A DNA stretch of 64,000 nt from Polyangiaceae bacterium. Its GTDB lineage: Bacteria; Myxococcota_A; Polyangia; Polyangiales; Polyangiaceae. Position 1 is the stretch's first letter, and the number at the start of each line of letters is the position of its first letter. The stretch is from positions 672,001-736,000 of the forward strand of contig CBDCTZ010000012.1 in NCBI GenBank assembly GCA_965222375.1, in the 5' to 3' direction. A model generated the notes under the pieces. That model saw only the letters and a program-made list of their open reading frames with translations, had not been told where the DNA came from and ran no database searches. Shown here in pieces: positions 1 to 9,821 of this stretch. A program made the translations under genes and the position numbers.

Positions 1-34
1 GACACGGGGGGAGCCAAGCCCCGGCACAAATGGC

Positions 35-1060
35 CTATGGAACCGACCAGGTGTTCCCCGAGTTGAGCAGCTCTTCCAAGCTGCCCTTGCCGTTCTTCTT
101 TTCGGAAGCGAGGCGCTGCTCGACTAGGGTGGCGTCGTAGGAGGGCTTGTCCACGGAATAGAGCACACCGAGGGCCACGGGGAACGCCGGGAAGGGCATG
201 CGCGCGAGCATGTAGGCGAGAGTCGGGTTGGTCTGGTCGTGGAGCAGCACGTCGGACTCGCTTGCTCCACCCTCGCCCACTTCCACGACCTTCAGGCCCA
301 AAGTGCGGGGATCGATCACGAGGCCTTTGGTTTTTTCTTTTCCAAACAGAAGCGGCTCGCCATGCTCGACGCGAATGGTCGCCTCTGCGCGGTTCACTTT
401 CTCACGGAAAGCGTCGAACGCTCCGTCGTTGAACACGTTGCAGTTCTGGTACACCTCGATGAAGGAGGCACCATCGTGTTTGGCGCAGCGCCGCAGCATC
501 TCCGTCAAGTGTGGGGCGTCCACATCGATGGAGCGGGCGACAAAGCTTGCCGAACAGCCGATGGCGAAAGTAGCCGGGTCTACGGGGAAGTCCACTGAGC
601 CCGTGGGTGAGCTTTTCGTGACCTTGCCGGCCTCACTCGTGGGAGAGTACTGACCCTTGGTCAGGCCGTAGATCCGATTGTTGAACATGATCACGTTCAC
701 ATCGGCGTTGCGGCGCAAGCAGTGCATCAGGTGGTTGCCACCAATGCTCAAACCATCGCCATCCCCGGTGATGATCCAGACGTTCAAGTCCGGATTCGCG
801 GCCTTGACGCCCATGGCGATGGCTGGCGCACGCCCGTGAATGGTGTGAAACCCGTAGGTGTTCATGTAGTAGGGGAACCGGCTGGAGCAGCCGATGCCGC
901 TGACAAATACCGTTTGTTCTCGGGGATAGCCGAGCTCGGGCATGATGCGTTGCACGATGGCTAGAATCGAATAGTCCCCACAGCCTGGACACCAGCGGAC
1001 GTCTTGGTCCGACTCGAAGTCTTTCTTCGTGAGCTTGGGAGCGGCAACGACGTTGGACAT
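35..1060 (-). CDS. korB: 2-oxoacid:ferredoxin oxidoreductase beta subunit (TPP-binding)
   Basis: WCPGCGD, SGIGCSSR, HTIHGR and the GDGD...NN TPP motif; 3 nt from the alpha subunit. Substrate specificity not determinable. Confidence 0.92.
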   Translation of the reverse strand: MSNVVAAPKLTKKDFESDQDVRWCPGCGDYSILAIVQRIMPELGYPREQTVFVSGIGCSSRFPYYMNTYGFHTIHGRAPAIAMGVKAANPDLNVWIITGDGDGLSIGGNHLMHCLRRNADVNVIMFNNRIYGLTKGQYSPTSEAGKVTKSSPTGSVDFPVDPATFAIGCSASFVARSIDVDAPHLTEMLRRCAKHDGASFIEVYQNCNVFNDGAFDAFREKVNRAEATIRVEHGEPLLFGKEKTKGLVIDPRTLGLKVVEVGEGGASESDVLLHDQTNPTLAYMLARMPFPAFPVALGVLYSVDKPSYDATLVEQRLASEKKNGKGSLEELLNSGNTWSVP

Positions 1061-1063
1061 GAT

Positions 1064-2932
1064 TCAGCTCTCCATGGTGTGAAGGATGCGCTCTTCAATC
1101 TCTTCGATGCGGAAAGGCATGCCCTGGATCTTGGGGTAGCTTTCAGCTGGAACAAGGAACTCGGAGCGAATGATCTTCACCAGCTGGCCCAGGTTCATCT
1201 CCGGAATGAGCACCCGCTCGAAGTGCCCCAGCATGTCGCCTAGGTTCTTTGGGAATGGGTTGAGATAGCGCAGATGGGCGTGAGAAACGGATAGCCCGCG
1301 CGCGCGACAGCGCGAAACGGCTTCCCGAATCGAGCCGTAGGTGGAACCCCAACCCAAGACCAGGAGCTTGCCGCTGTCGTCTCCGACCTCGATCTTCAGT
1401 TCGGGCGCGTCGTCGGCAATCCTCTCGATCTTGGCTGCGCGGGTCTTGCACATCAGCTCGTGGTTCTCCGGGTCGTAGCTGATGTGGCCGGTCTTGTAGC
1501 TCTTCTCGATGCCACCGATGCGGTGCATCAGCTCGGGCGTTCCGGGAATGGCCCAGGGACGGGACAAGGTCTCTTCATCCCGTAGGAAGGGTTGAAAGCC
1601 CTTCGGGTCGGTGCGGAAACTGACCGGGATCTTGGGTAGCTTGGAGACGTCCGGGATGAGCCAAGGTTCCGCGCCGTTGGCCAGGTAGCCGTCGGTCAGA
1701 ACGATGACCGGCGTCATGTACTTGACCGCGATTCTCACCGCCTCCAGAGCGACGTAGAAACAGTCGCCAGGGGAGCATGCCGCGAGCACACACACGGGTG
1801 CTTCGCCGTTGCGGCCGTACATGGCTTGAAACAGATCCGCTTGTTCCGTCTTGGTGGGCAGGCCGGTGCTCGGGCCACCGCGCTGGATGTTGACGACTAC
1901 CAGGGGCAACTCCGTCGAGACCGCTAGCCCGATTGCTTCGCCCTTCAGCGCGATACCTGGCCCGCTCGACGTGGTGATGCCGATTGCCCCAGCGTAGCTC
2001 GAGCCGATGGCGAGACAGACCGCCGCGATTTCGTCTTCGGCTTGAATCGTGGTCACGCCGAAGTGTTTGTACCGCGACAGTTCGTGCAGCACGTCGCTGG
2101 CCGGGGTGATTGGGTAGGCTCCGAGCACGATCGGGCGTTGAGACAGCTCCGCGGCGGCTACGAATCCCCAGGCAAGAGCGATGTTGCCACCGATGTTCCG
2201 ATATTTGCCCGGGGCCACCTCTGCCGCCGGGACCTGATAGCGGTAGTGGGAAATCTCTGCGGTTTCGCCGTAGGCGTGCCCGGCCTTCAAGGCTGCGATG
2301 TTGGCCTGAACGACATCCGGGCGCTTCTTGAACTTGCTCTCGACCCACTTGATGGTGGGAGTCAAGTCCCGGCCGTAGATCCAGAACATCAGGCCCAGGG
2401 TCCAGAAGTTCTTGCAGCGATCCGCCTCCTTGCGATTCAGCCCGGACTCCGCGACTGCCGCCTGAGTGCTTTTGGAGATGTCGATGGCGACGATGGAGTA
2501 GCCGTCCAAGCCGTTATCATCGAGCGGGCTCTTCTCGTAGCCCGCTTTCTTGAGATTCAGCGGCGTGAACGCGCTCGTGTTGACGATCAGCAAGCCGCCG
2601 GGCTTCAGATCCGGGAGATTCGTCTTCAGCGCTGCTGGGTTCATCGCGACGAGGACGTCGGGCCGATCCCCGGGCGTGAACACGTCCTTGGCGGCGAAGT
2701 TGATTTGGAATCCGCTGACGCCGTAGAGAGTGCCGGCAGGGGCGCGGATTTCTGCGGGGAAGTCCGGGAAGGTCGCTAGGTCGTTGCCGGCAAGCGCTGC
2801 GGCAACGGTGAACTGCGAGCCCGTGACCTGCATGCCATCACCGGAGTCTCCCGCGAATCGAACCACGGCGCCGGGGAGGACTTGTGCGGCCTGCTTGTTC
2901 GAGGCCGCAGCGTGGCGTTCTGCGTTGGCCAT
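1064..2932 (-). CDS. korA: 2-oxoacid:acceptor oxidoreductase alpha subunit (gamma-alpha fusion)
   Basis: N-terminal FAGDSGDGMQ and FPAEIRAP; YPITPAS, QAEDEIAA, QRGGPSTGLPTKTEQAD, EMNLGQ. Confidence 0.92.
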   Translation of the reverse strand: MANAERHAAASNKQAAQVLPGAVVRFAGDSGDGMQVTGSQFTVAAALAGNDLATFPDFPAEIRAPAGTLYGVSGFQINFAAKDVFTPGDRPDVLVAMNPAALKTNLPDLKPGGLLIVNTSAFTPLNLKKAGYEKSPLDDNGLDGYSIVAIDISKSTQAAVAESGLNRKEADRCKNFWTLGLMFWIYGRDLTPTIKWVESKFKKRPDVVQANIAALKAGHAYGETAEISHYRYQVPAAEVAPGKYRNIGGNIALAWGFVAAAELSQRPIVLGAYPITPASDVLHELSRYKHFGVTTIQAEDEIAAVCLAIGSSYAGAIGITTSSGPGIALKGEAIGLAVSTELPLVVVNIQRGGPSTGLPTKTEQADLFQAMYGRNGEAPVCVLAACSPGDCFYVALEAVRIAVKYMTPVIVLTDGYLANGAEPWLIPDVSKLPKIPVSFRTDPKGFQPFLRDEETLSRPWAIPGTPELMHRIGGIEKSYKTGHISYDPENHELMCKTRAAKIERIADDAPELKIEVGDDSGKLLVLGWGSTYGSIREAVSRCRARGLSVSHAHLRYLNPFPKNLGDMLGHFERVLIPEMNLGQLVKIIRSEFLVPAESYPKIQGMPFRIEEIEERILHTMES

Positions 2933-3134
2933 GTATCGTCTTCAAACCTCGTGAGCGAATTGGTCGGAGCAATTTGCGCGACTACTTCCCCTCAGAGCAG
3001 GGCGCCTGCGAGGTCCCGCCATAACGGCGGGGCCGGGCATTTCTTAAGACTATTCGGGCTGAGGGCTAGCACTTGCCGCGTCTCGCGTCACCTTTCCTTG
3101 GTGCCCCGGCCGGCCGGATGGTGGGTAGGCCGGC

Positions 3135-3578
3135 TCAGGATGGGACGTGGCGGTCGAGCATCTCGCCAAGGCGCGGCGCAGCGGCTTCTACGTGCTTTTT
3201 CGCGGTTGGGCGCAGCTTCAAGTAGGTCTTCTTGATCATGGCCCGCTGGGCGGTTTCGGCGCGCTTGTCCGTGATCGCCAGCAGGGCGTCGGCCACCCGC
3301 GAGCCATTGGCTCGAAGATGGGCACCGGGCTTGACGTCCTCGTTCTTCGCCTCCTGATACAAGGGGTCCAGAGCGTCCAAAAAGTCGTCCAGAAGGTGGT
3401 CCACGACCTCCGGAATGAAGCCGGGCTTCACACCTTTGACGAGCTTGTAGGCACCCTTGATGGCGATGCCACTCACACCGGATTTGTCCCCGACCTCCAA
3501 ATCCAGGACTCTGCATGCGTCCTCGACGACTTCCCCACGCTTGTCCCCCTGGGCGGCCAGTTCCTTCAATGTCGGCAT
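3135..3578 (-). CDS. Conserved small helical protein, resembles DUF6918 family
   Basis: Start re-assigned to ATG at 3578 (MPTLKELAAQ...EVGDKSGVSGIAIKGAYKLVKGVKPG); family recognised from memory. Confidence 0.6.
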   Translation of the reverse strand: MPTLKELAAQGDKRGEVVEDACRVLDLEVGDKSGVSGIAIKGAYKLVKGVKPGFIPEVVDHLLDDFLDALDPLYQEAKNEDVKPGAHLRANGSRVADALLAITDKRAETAQRAMIKKTYLKLRPTAKKHVEAAAPRLGEMLDRHVPS

Positions 3579-3789
3579 CGGGCGTAGCCCTTGCCCGAAT
3601 CTGGCTCCGAAAGCAACACCGCGGCTAGTTGGATGCCCCCTCTCGCGAGGGGGACAATGTAGGCCTGTGGGCGTCAAGTAGCCGAATGTGCGAAGCAATC
3701 CTGGGTGCGCAGAGTGGGCGCATACGGCTGAGGGCTGGTACGATGGAAGCTGGCTCCGCCGGTCGGTTGCCGGCGCTAGGGCTCCATCC

Positions 3790-5484
3790 GTGCAGTCAGT
3801 CGATTTCTCTACGCCCCCTGAGGAGCTGAAACGCGGCACGCGTCTCGGTCAGTACGAGCTATTGCTACGCATTGGGCGGGGCGGCATGGCGACGGTGTGG
3901 GTGGCGCGCCAGCCGGGCCCGACCCGGGAGCAAGACCGGTTGGTTGCGGTCAAAGCCATCTTGAGCGACCTGGCTGGGGATCAGGAATTCGTGAAGATGT
4001 TCCTGGATGAGGGCCGCATCGTGCGCCTGATACGCCACGCCAACGTCGTGGACGTGTACGAGGTTGGTCAAGACCGCGGAGTGATGTTCATGTCCATGGA
4101 GTGGGTGGAGGGGGACACTCTCCACGCCATCATTGCCGAGGCGGGCAAGCGACGACCCATACCGTGGGAGATGGGAGTGCGCATCATCGCGGATGCGGCC
4201 TCCGGGCTGCACGCCGCCCACGAGCTTCGCGACGACCAGGGGCAATTGATGAACGTCGTTCACCGCGACGTATCCCCGCACAACATCCTGATCGGCGCCG
4301 ATGGCGCCATCAAGCTCGTGGACTTTGGCGTTGCGCGGGCCATGGGCCGGATTTCGGAAGTTACTAGTGCCGGACAGCTCAAGGGGAAGTTTGGCTACAT
4401 GTCGCCAGAGCAGGCGATGGCGCGTAAAACCGACCGGCGCGCGGACGTGTTTGCTTTGGGCATCGTTCTCTTCGAATTGACCACGGGCCGTCGGCTATTC
4501 CGTGGCGAGCACGATGCGGAGACCTTGCACTTGGTGGTTTCCGGCAAGATCCCCCCACCAAGCAGCTTCGATCCCAAGTACCCGAAGGCCCTCGAGAGCA
4601 TCGTGATGAAGGCCCTGGAACGGGATCTCGACAAGCGCTACGCCACTGCGCTGCAGTTGCAGGACGCCCTCGAGGCCTTCCTGAAGTCCGAGCGCGTGGT
4701 GGTGCCTCGTGCAGGGGTTGCCAATCTGCTCAGAAAAGTCCTTGGCCAGCGCATGGATCAGCGCCGCAAGGCCATTCGCAGCGCCCTGCGAGCCATCGAT
4801 GGCGAGGTGCCGATGGGCAGCAACGTGCCTCCCAGCGATCCCATCGCGGCTTCGGCGCCTCCATCAGAGCACGCCAGCGTCAGCTCTGTGACCAGCCCGA
4901 GCGCCGTGGCTGGTCCGCCGTCGTCGCCATCCTCGCCGAGTGGCCTGTCCAACGCGTCTGGAGTCAGCACCAGCGGTACGCGCCCTGCGGGCCAGGGCGT
5001 ATACGACGGTGGGTTCTCCGCGTCTCAGCTATCCAGCACGTCGCAGCTCTCCAACCCGTCTCAATCCGCGCGCAGTGGCGCGGGCTACACCCCAAGTCCC
5101 ACCATCGTCGTCAAGCGTGGTGGGATCCTTGGCTATGTGATCGGAGTCATCGGGCTCGCGGTCGCTCTGGCGGTGATGCTCTACTTCGTGCTCAATCCTC
5201 AGCGTCGCACGACGATCCTCAATCTGGGCCAGAGCGCGGCTCCCGCGCAGCCGCCGCCCACGGAAATCGAATCCACCGCGCCGGATGAAGCCGTGCAGCT
5301 GCCGCAGCCTTCGGCGGCGCCGTCGAGTTCGGTCCCGCCGAAGCCGCCGGCGAAAGCGCAAAAGCCGGCCCCGCGAGCCGCGCCGCGGAAGCCTTGGCGC
5401 CCGCCGCCAAAGACCGCGCCCGCGCCGAAACCTCAGGCGCCCGCGCCGGGCGCAGCTCCGCCCCGCAAGAACCCGTACGAATAG
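3790..5484 (+). CDS. Membrane Ser/Thr protein kinase with Pro-rich C-terminal tail ending NPYE
   Basis: IGRGGMATV, VAVK, HRDVSPHN, DFG, GKFGYMSPE, DVFALG; one TM (ILGYVIGVIGLAVALAVMLYFVL); GTG start at 3790 is an estimate. Confidence 0.92.
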   Translation: MQSVDFSTPPEELKRGTRLGQYELLLRIGRGGMATVWVARQPGPTREQDRLVAVKAILSDLAGDQEFVKMFLDEGRIVRLIRHANVVDVYEVGQDRGVMFMSMEWVEGDTLHAIIAEAGKRRPIPWEMGVRIIADAASGLHAAHELRDDQGQLMNVVHRDVSPHNILIGADGAIKLVDFGVARAMGRISEVTSAGQLKGKFGYMSPEQAMARKTDRRADVFALGIVLFELTTGRRLFRGEHDAETLHLVVSGKIPPPSSFDPKYPKALESIVMKALERDLDKRYATALQLQDALEAFLKSERVVVPRAGVANLLRKVLGQRMDQRRKAIRSALRAIDGEVPMGSNVPPSDPIAASAPPSEHASVSSVTSPSAVAGPPSSPSSPSGLSNASGVSTSGTRPAGQGVYDGGFSASQLSSTSQLSNPSQSARSGAGYTPSPTIVVKRGGILGYVIGVIGLAVALAVMLYFVLNPQRRTTILNLGQSAAPAQPPPTEIESTAPDEAVQLPQPSAAPSSSVPPKPPAKAQKPAPRAAPRKPWRPPPKTAPAPKPQAPAPGAAPPRKNPYE

Positions 5485-5507
5485 TCCGCGCGCTGGGGCA
5501 CTGCGTT

Positions 5508-6692
5508 TTATTGCGGGTCTTTGGGGACCCTGCGGATGTCTCCGCTGGCGGTGGTGTAGACCAGGACGCTACCTGCGCCGAGCACATGCTCGGGGCCTCC
5601 GTCTTCGGGAGCGACTTGGGTCACCGTTCCACCTGAGGCTTGTACGCTGAACACGCCACCTCCCGCGTTCGTGCCCTTGGCGCCGCTCGCAGCCCAGGCC
5701 ACTTTCCCCGCAAAGGCGGTAACGTTGCCCACACCGACAAAGCCACCGGCTAGCTGTGATTCCGGCGTGGACCCGGCGACGCAGCCCGAGTCCAGGGGTT
5801 TTTTCCAAACGCTGCCACTGGAGCGCGTGTAGTAGAGGTTCACCGCATCTGCTGTGACGCCAACGGCGTCGACGACGCTCGCACTCAGCGCTGACACGCG
5901 GGCTCCGCCGCTGGTGGGTAGCACCCACAGGTTGCCGTTGCTGGCCCAGTACACGCAGGTCGGTGTCGCGACGACCGCGCCTCCCGTTTCCGCACTCCCG
6001 GCTACAAATAGGTTTTCCGCTGGCGCTGGACCACCAGCCAAGCTGAAGCGCAACAAGGCTACGGAACCTTGGGCGGCCTTGGCGGTCACGTAGGCAAAGC
6101 TGTCCGAGGCCGCAAAGATCCCCGTCGGGGTTTCCACGGTGCCTGACGTGGAGACGGTTCCGGTGCTCCCACCGGCCTTCGCCGCGCGTTCGAGCACGGC
6201 GCTGTCAGCGCTGACGCCGGCGGAGAAGACGTTCAAAGATCCGGAGAGGGTGGCCAGGGCCTGGGGCTGACTCAGTTGAACCCCGGGCACGGCCGCGCCG
6301 GCTCCACCACTGAGGGAGTAGCGGGTGAGAGTCGCTGCGGTGGCGTCCACTTCGGCTGCGAAGATGTCTTTGTTGTCAGCGGCGATGGCAGCGCGGGCGC
6401 CTCCGATCAGACTCGTCACGACCGTGACGGGGTACTTGGCGGGGTCATAGGGCACCACACCGGCATCCGTTCCGGAGTCCGCGGGCGGCACTCCACCGGT
6501 GCCACCGCCGGTGCCGCCGCCTCCGGTTCCTCCGCCGCCAGTGCCGCCACCGCCACTTCCCCCGGCGCCGGCGCTGCCCGCGCCGCCGTCCTTGGCGTCC
6601 AAGAGGGACTCGTCCAAGGTTTTCAGGCAGCCCGAGGCCGAACCAACAAACACGACCAAAGCCAAGGTGGAACCTGCGTGGCTATCCAACAT
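5508..6692 (-). CDS. Lipoprotein with Gly/Thr linker and probable beta-propeller
   Basis: Signal with ASGC lipobox, GGTGG repeats, repeated xxD/xxxVYW-type blades; start re-assigned to ATG 6692. Confidence 0.65.
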   Translation of the reverse strand: MLDSHAGSTLALVVFVGSASGCLKTLDESLLDAKDGGAGSAGAGGSGGGGTGGGGTGGGGTGGGTGGVPPADSGTDAGVVPYDPAKYPVTVVTSLIGGARAAIAADNKDIFAAEVDATAATLTRYSLSGGAGAAVPGVQLSQPQALATLSGSLNVFSAGVSADSAVLERAAKAGGSTGTVSTSGTVETPTGIFAASDSFAYVTAKAAQGSVALLRFSLAGGPAPAENLFVAGSAETGGAVVATPTCVYWASNGNLWVLPTSGGARVSALSASVVDAVGVTADAVNLYYTRSSGSVWKKPLDSGCVAGSTPESQLAGGFVGVGNVTAFAGKVAWAASGAKGTNAGGGVFSVQASGGTVTQVAPEDGGPEHVLGAGSVLVYTTASGDIRRVPKDPQ

Positions 6693-6730
6693 TCGGTTGA
6701 ATGCATGATAGCATTGAACAGGAAAAACCA

Positions 6731-7702
6731 ATGGTCTTCGTTCGATTGCGCGCCATCGTCGTTGCTTGTTCCCTATGCCTGTCGGGTCCGCTCGTGGCCC
6801 AGAGCGCATTCGCTGCGGCCGGCGAGAAAGACGATGCCAGACGCTTCTTCAAGGCAGGCCAGAAGGCGTTCGCGGCGGGTCGCTACGAGGAGGCGGCCCG
6901 CGCTTTTGAAGAGGCGTTCCGTCTGGCACCGCACCCCGCGCCGTTGATCAACGCAGGGGACTCCTACGAAAAGGCAGGGGAACTCGCGCTCGCGGCACGC
7001 ACTTACCAGCGCGTGCTCGACCTAGAGCGCTCCGGTGAGCAAGACCGACAAGACGCGACGGACCGCCTGGCCAAGCTCAGCCCCAAACTTGCCGTGATCC
7101 AGCTATCGGGCGAGGAGAGCGTGCGGGTGCGAATCGACGAAGACGAATTCAACGGCAATCAGCGAGTCTACGTCGCAGCCGGCGAGCATGACGTCACGTT
7201 GATCGACGTTGATGGCGCGAAAACCAAGCGCGTGGATATCGCCGCCGGCAGCACACGGACCGTCAGCATCGATTCCCTCAGGCCCGCGGAGGGGGGGGAG
7301 GGCGGAAGCGGTAGCGACGGCGAAGCTTCCGAGGGCGGCGATCCGGGAGAGGATACCGGTGCCGACGCTGGGGCCAAGGCCGGCGGAATCGCGCCGCTGA
7401 CCTGGGTGGCCTTGGGGGTGGGGGTGGCGGGGGCCGGTGCCGCTGTCTACTTCGGCTTGCAGGTCAATGACGCGGAGAGCGCCTATAACGACAAGCCGAA
7501 CCAAGACGACCTGGATCGCTTCAACTCCAACAAGTTGCTCACCAATGTGAGCATTGGTGTGTCTGCCGTGGGCCTCGGCCTCGGCACGTACTTCTTGATC
7601 CGCGATCTCGGCAAGAAAGAGCCGGCGACTGCACGACGCAGCTTCGTAGACGTCGCCCCGGTTCCGGGCGGCGCGGTCGTGGTGTCTCGCGGTCGCTTCT
7701 GA
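6731..7702 (+). CDS. Secreted TPR + PEGA-like protein with C-terminal hydrophobic hairpin
   Basis: Signal peptide, ARRFFKAGQKAFAAGRYEEAARAFEEA TPR, PEGA-like beta segment, C-terminal VAPVPGG...RGRF. Confidence 0.75.
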   Translation: MVFVRLRAIVVACSLCLSGPLVAQSAFAAAGEKDDARRFFKAGQKAFAAGRYEEAARAFEEAFRLAPHPAPLINAGDSYEKAGELALAARTYQRVLDLERSGEQDRQDATDRLAKLSPKLAVIQLSGEESVRVRIDEDEFNGNQRVYVAAGEHDVTLIDVDGAKTKRVDIAAGSTRTVSIDSLRPAEGGEGGSGSDGEASEGGDPGEDTGADAGAKAGGIAPLTWVALGVGVAGAGAAVYFGLQVNDAESAYNDKPNQDDLDRFNSNKLLTNVSIGVSAVGLGLGTYFLIRDLGKKEPATARRSFVDVAPVPGGAVVVSRGRF

Positions 7703-7708
7703 GCGGGC

Positions 7709-9727
7709 TCAGAAGCCCGGGAAGCTGCAGGGGCCGTTGCAGGTGTTCTTGACTTGGCCCGTGCGCAAGAAGATGTCCGTTTGCTCTTGGTTTTCAGGAA
7801 GCGAGCGAATGTCCCCGTGCACGTCGTTATCCGAGGTGGGAGTGGCATTGGTGAGCGGCGGGGGATCTCGCTCGAGGTCCCAGAAGCTGATGGCGCTCGT
7901 CTCGCCACCGCTGGTCTCCTCTAGGCCCCAGACTTTCTTCGCGCTTGGCACGACGATGGGGATCTGCATCGTGCGGGCTTGAATTTCCGCCGCCAGGTTC
8001 GCCACCTGAGAATCGCCCACGGCGATCTGACTGAGAATGCGCTTCTTGCTGGTGCCGGGGAGGGGCTCGTGTGCGCCCGACGCCCACGCAGTGCCCGAGC
8101 CCTCTGAGGGGTCGAAGGGGGGTTGCCACAGCGCCATGAGCAGCTGCTGGTCGACCCGATCCGGATAGGCGTTGCGGATGGCCGGGAAGAAACCATCCCA
8201 GTTGACGCTGCGTTGAATCATGAGTGAGTAGGCGGACCCACCGACCTGGATTACGCCTCGATCGATGTCGGGTGAGTAGGCCAGCAAGCTGGCTCCCATG
8301 ATGCCGCCCTGGGAAATGCCGTAGTAGTAGACCTCCCAGGGGCTGACGACGGCACTCTTGCCGCCGGGGAGCATCGCTTGGGGATCCGCAACGATGGCCT
8401 TGGCCGTTCGGGTCAAGACCATGAAGTTGACGAGGGACTGTTGCAGCCGGTGGCCGACGAATTTGAAGCGATTGATGTCCTGCACACCGAGCCAGGCGGC
8501 ATTGTTCTGACCGATGCCACCCTCCTCTTGCTCGGACAGCCCAATCCAGTCCGTGCCGATGCACACATAGCCCTTTTCGTTGCAGAAGCGGCGCACGTGA
8601 CCACTGGAGACCTGGTCGGCGGCGCCCAACAACCCGTGGCCGTACACCAAGAGCGGGTAAGGTCCTTTGGTGGGAGCGCTGGCGGGGATCACGAGTTCGA
8701 AAGGGTATTCAGCGTTTTCGACGATCTCGGGCAGCCCGTCGGCCCCGAGCATGAGCTCCGTCTCGGCGACGGTGCGATCGTTTTCGGTGAGGAAACTCGG
8801 CAAGGTGAAGCTGCCTCGAATTCGCTTCCAGATTTCGGCATTGGGAGTGTCCTCCACGCTCGTGATCGTGAAGCCGAGGCCCTTGTCTCCTACTTTGTCC
8901 AGGGCCTTGTCCCGCATCGCCACGACGTTGCGCGTCAGCTGGTCCAGGCTTGCGGTGCGGAAGTCCCAGGCGAGCAACACGTCGCTCCTGGCCACATCGT
9001 GCTTGGCAAGTTCGTCTAGCACTTCGGCCGCTCCGCTCAGGCTCCGTGCGATTCGCGGATCAGAACTTCGCGCTCCTGCGAGCGCCTGCTCGAAACCGGC
9101 AGGCCTGGCGGGCGTTTCACCGGCCGAAGTCTCGAGCTTGTTGGTAACCGCCACGCCGTAGTGGCCGCCGGGGCGCAAGTGGCTGGCCGGTCGGATCATC
9201 AGTGGCTGACGATCTGTGGGCTCGATGTCGGCGGAAAGATCGAGCTCGGAGAAGTGCGGAACCAGGGTGCCGTTGTCCAAATCCACCAGCAGAGTTGCGC
9301 TGTCTTTCGACAGGCTTTGGGTGAAGTCCGACTGAGAGGGCAGAGAGCCCGCGTCGAGCTTCTCCGGGAAGTAGGCCAAGATGGGCGTAGCCGGCGAAAA
9401 CCCGTCGGTGCGATTGTGCTCGGTCGGGTCGAACGCTTTGTCCGTCGCGAGGGATGGGGACAGCACTTCGGGCTCCAGTGCCACTCGGTATCCAGTCGTG
9501 GTCGCGTCATCGACGACCTGATAGGCGGAGGACGGGAAGGGAAGTCCACACGCGCCCGCGGCACGAAAGGGGTGGCATTGCTCCGACAGGCCGTCGCTGA
9601 CCGGGCGGAACTCCGGGCGGGCTTGGTCGGTTTCGCCATCGCCGCAGCCGATGCAGGTCAGTGTGATCGCCAGCGCGGCGGATCGACTTTGCCGAAGGAT
9701 TGAACTGCAGAGTTCGGAGGTCGTCAT
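7709..9727 (-). CDS. Lipoprotein alpha/beta hydrolase (lipase/esterase-like) with N-terminal Ig-like region
   Basis: CIGC lipobox, PFPS, DGFSP, YGHGLLG oxyanion region, GISQG nucleophile elbow, GDSQV and C-terminal His (DVHG). Confidence 0.75.
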   Translation of the reverse strand: MTTSELCSSILRQSRSAALAITLTCIGCGDGETDQARPEFRPVSDGLSEQCHPFRAAGACGLPFPSSAYQVVDDATTTGYRVALEPEVLSPSLATDKAFDPTEHNRTDGFSPATPILAYFPEKLDAGSLPSQSDFTQSLSKDSATLLVDLDNGTLVPHFSELDLSADIEPTDRQPLMIRPASHLRPGGHYGVAVTNKLETSAGETPARPAGFEQALAGARSSDPRIARSLSGAAEVLDELAKHDVARSDVLLAWDFRTASLDQLTRNVVAMRDKALDKVGDKGLGFTITSVEDTPNAEIWKRIRGSFTLPSFLTENDRTVAETELMLGADGLPEIVENAEYPFELVIPASAPTKGPYPLLVYGHGLLGAADQVSSGHVRRFCNEKGYVCIGTDWIGLSEQEEGGIGQNNAAWLGVQDINRFKFVGHRLQQSLVNFMVLTRTAKAIVADPQAMLPGGKSAVVSPWEVYYYGISQGGIMGASLLAYSPDIDRGVIQVGGSAYSLMIQRSVNWDGFFPAIRNAYPDRVDQQLLMALWQPPFDPSEGSGTAWASGAHEPLPGTSKKRILSQIAVGDSQVANLAAEIQARTMQIPIVVPSAKKVWGLEETSGGETSAISFWDLERDPPPLTNATPTSDNDVHGDIRSLPENQEQTDIFLRTGQVKNTCNGPCSFPGF

Positions 9728-9821
9728 ATTTTCTGGGCATGGTGCCCGCCTTCCCGGACCGCCACAAGCCCCGGCGCCGCGGCCAAGACTCCGGCCCCCG
9801 CGGTGCTGAACCGGTGCGGCG

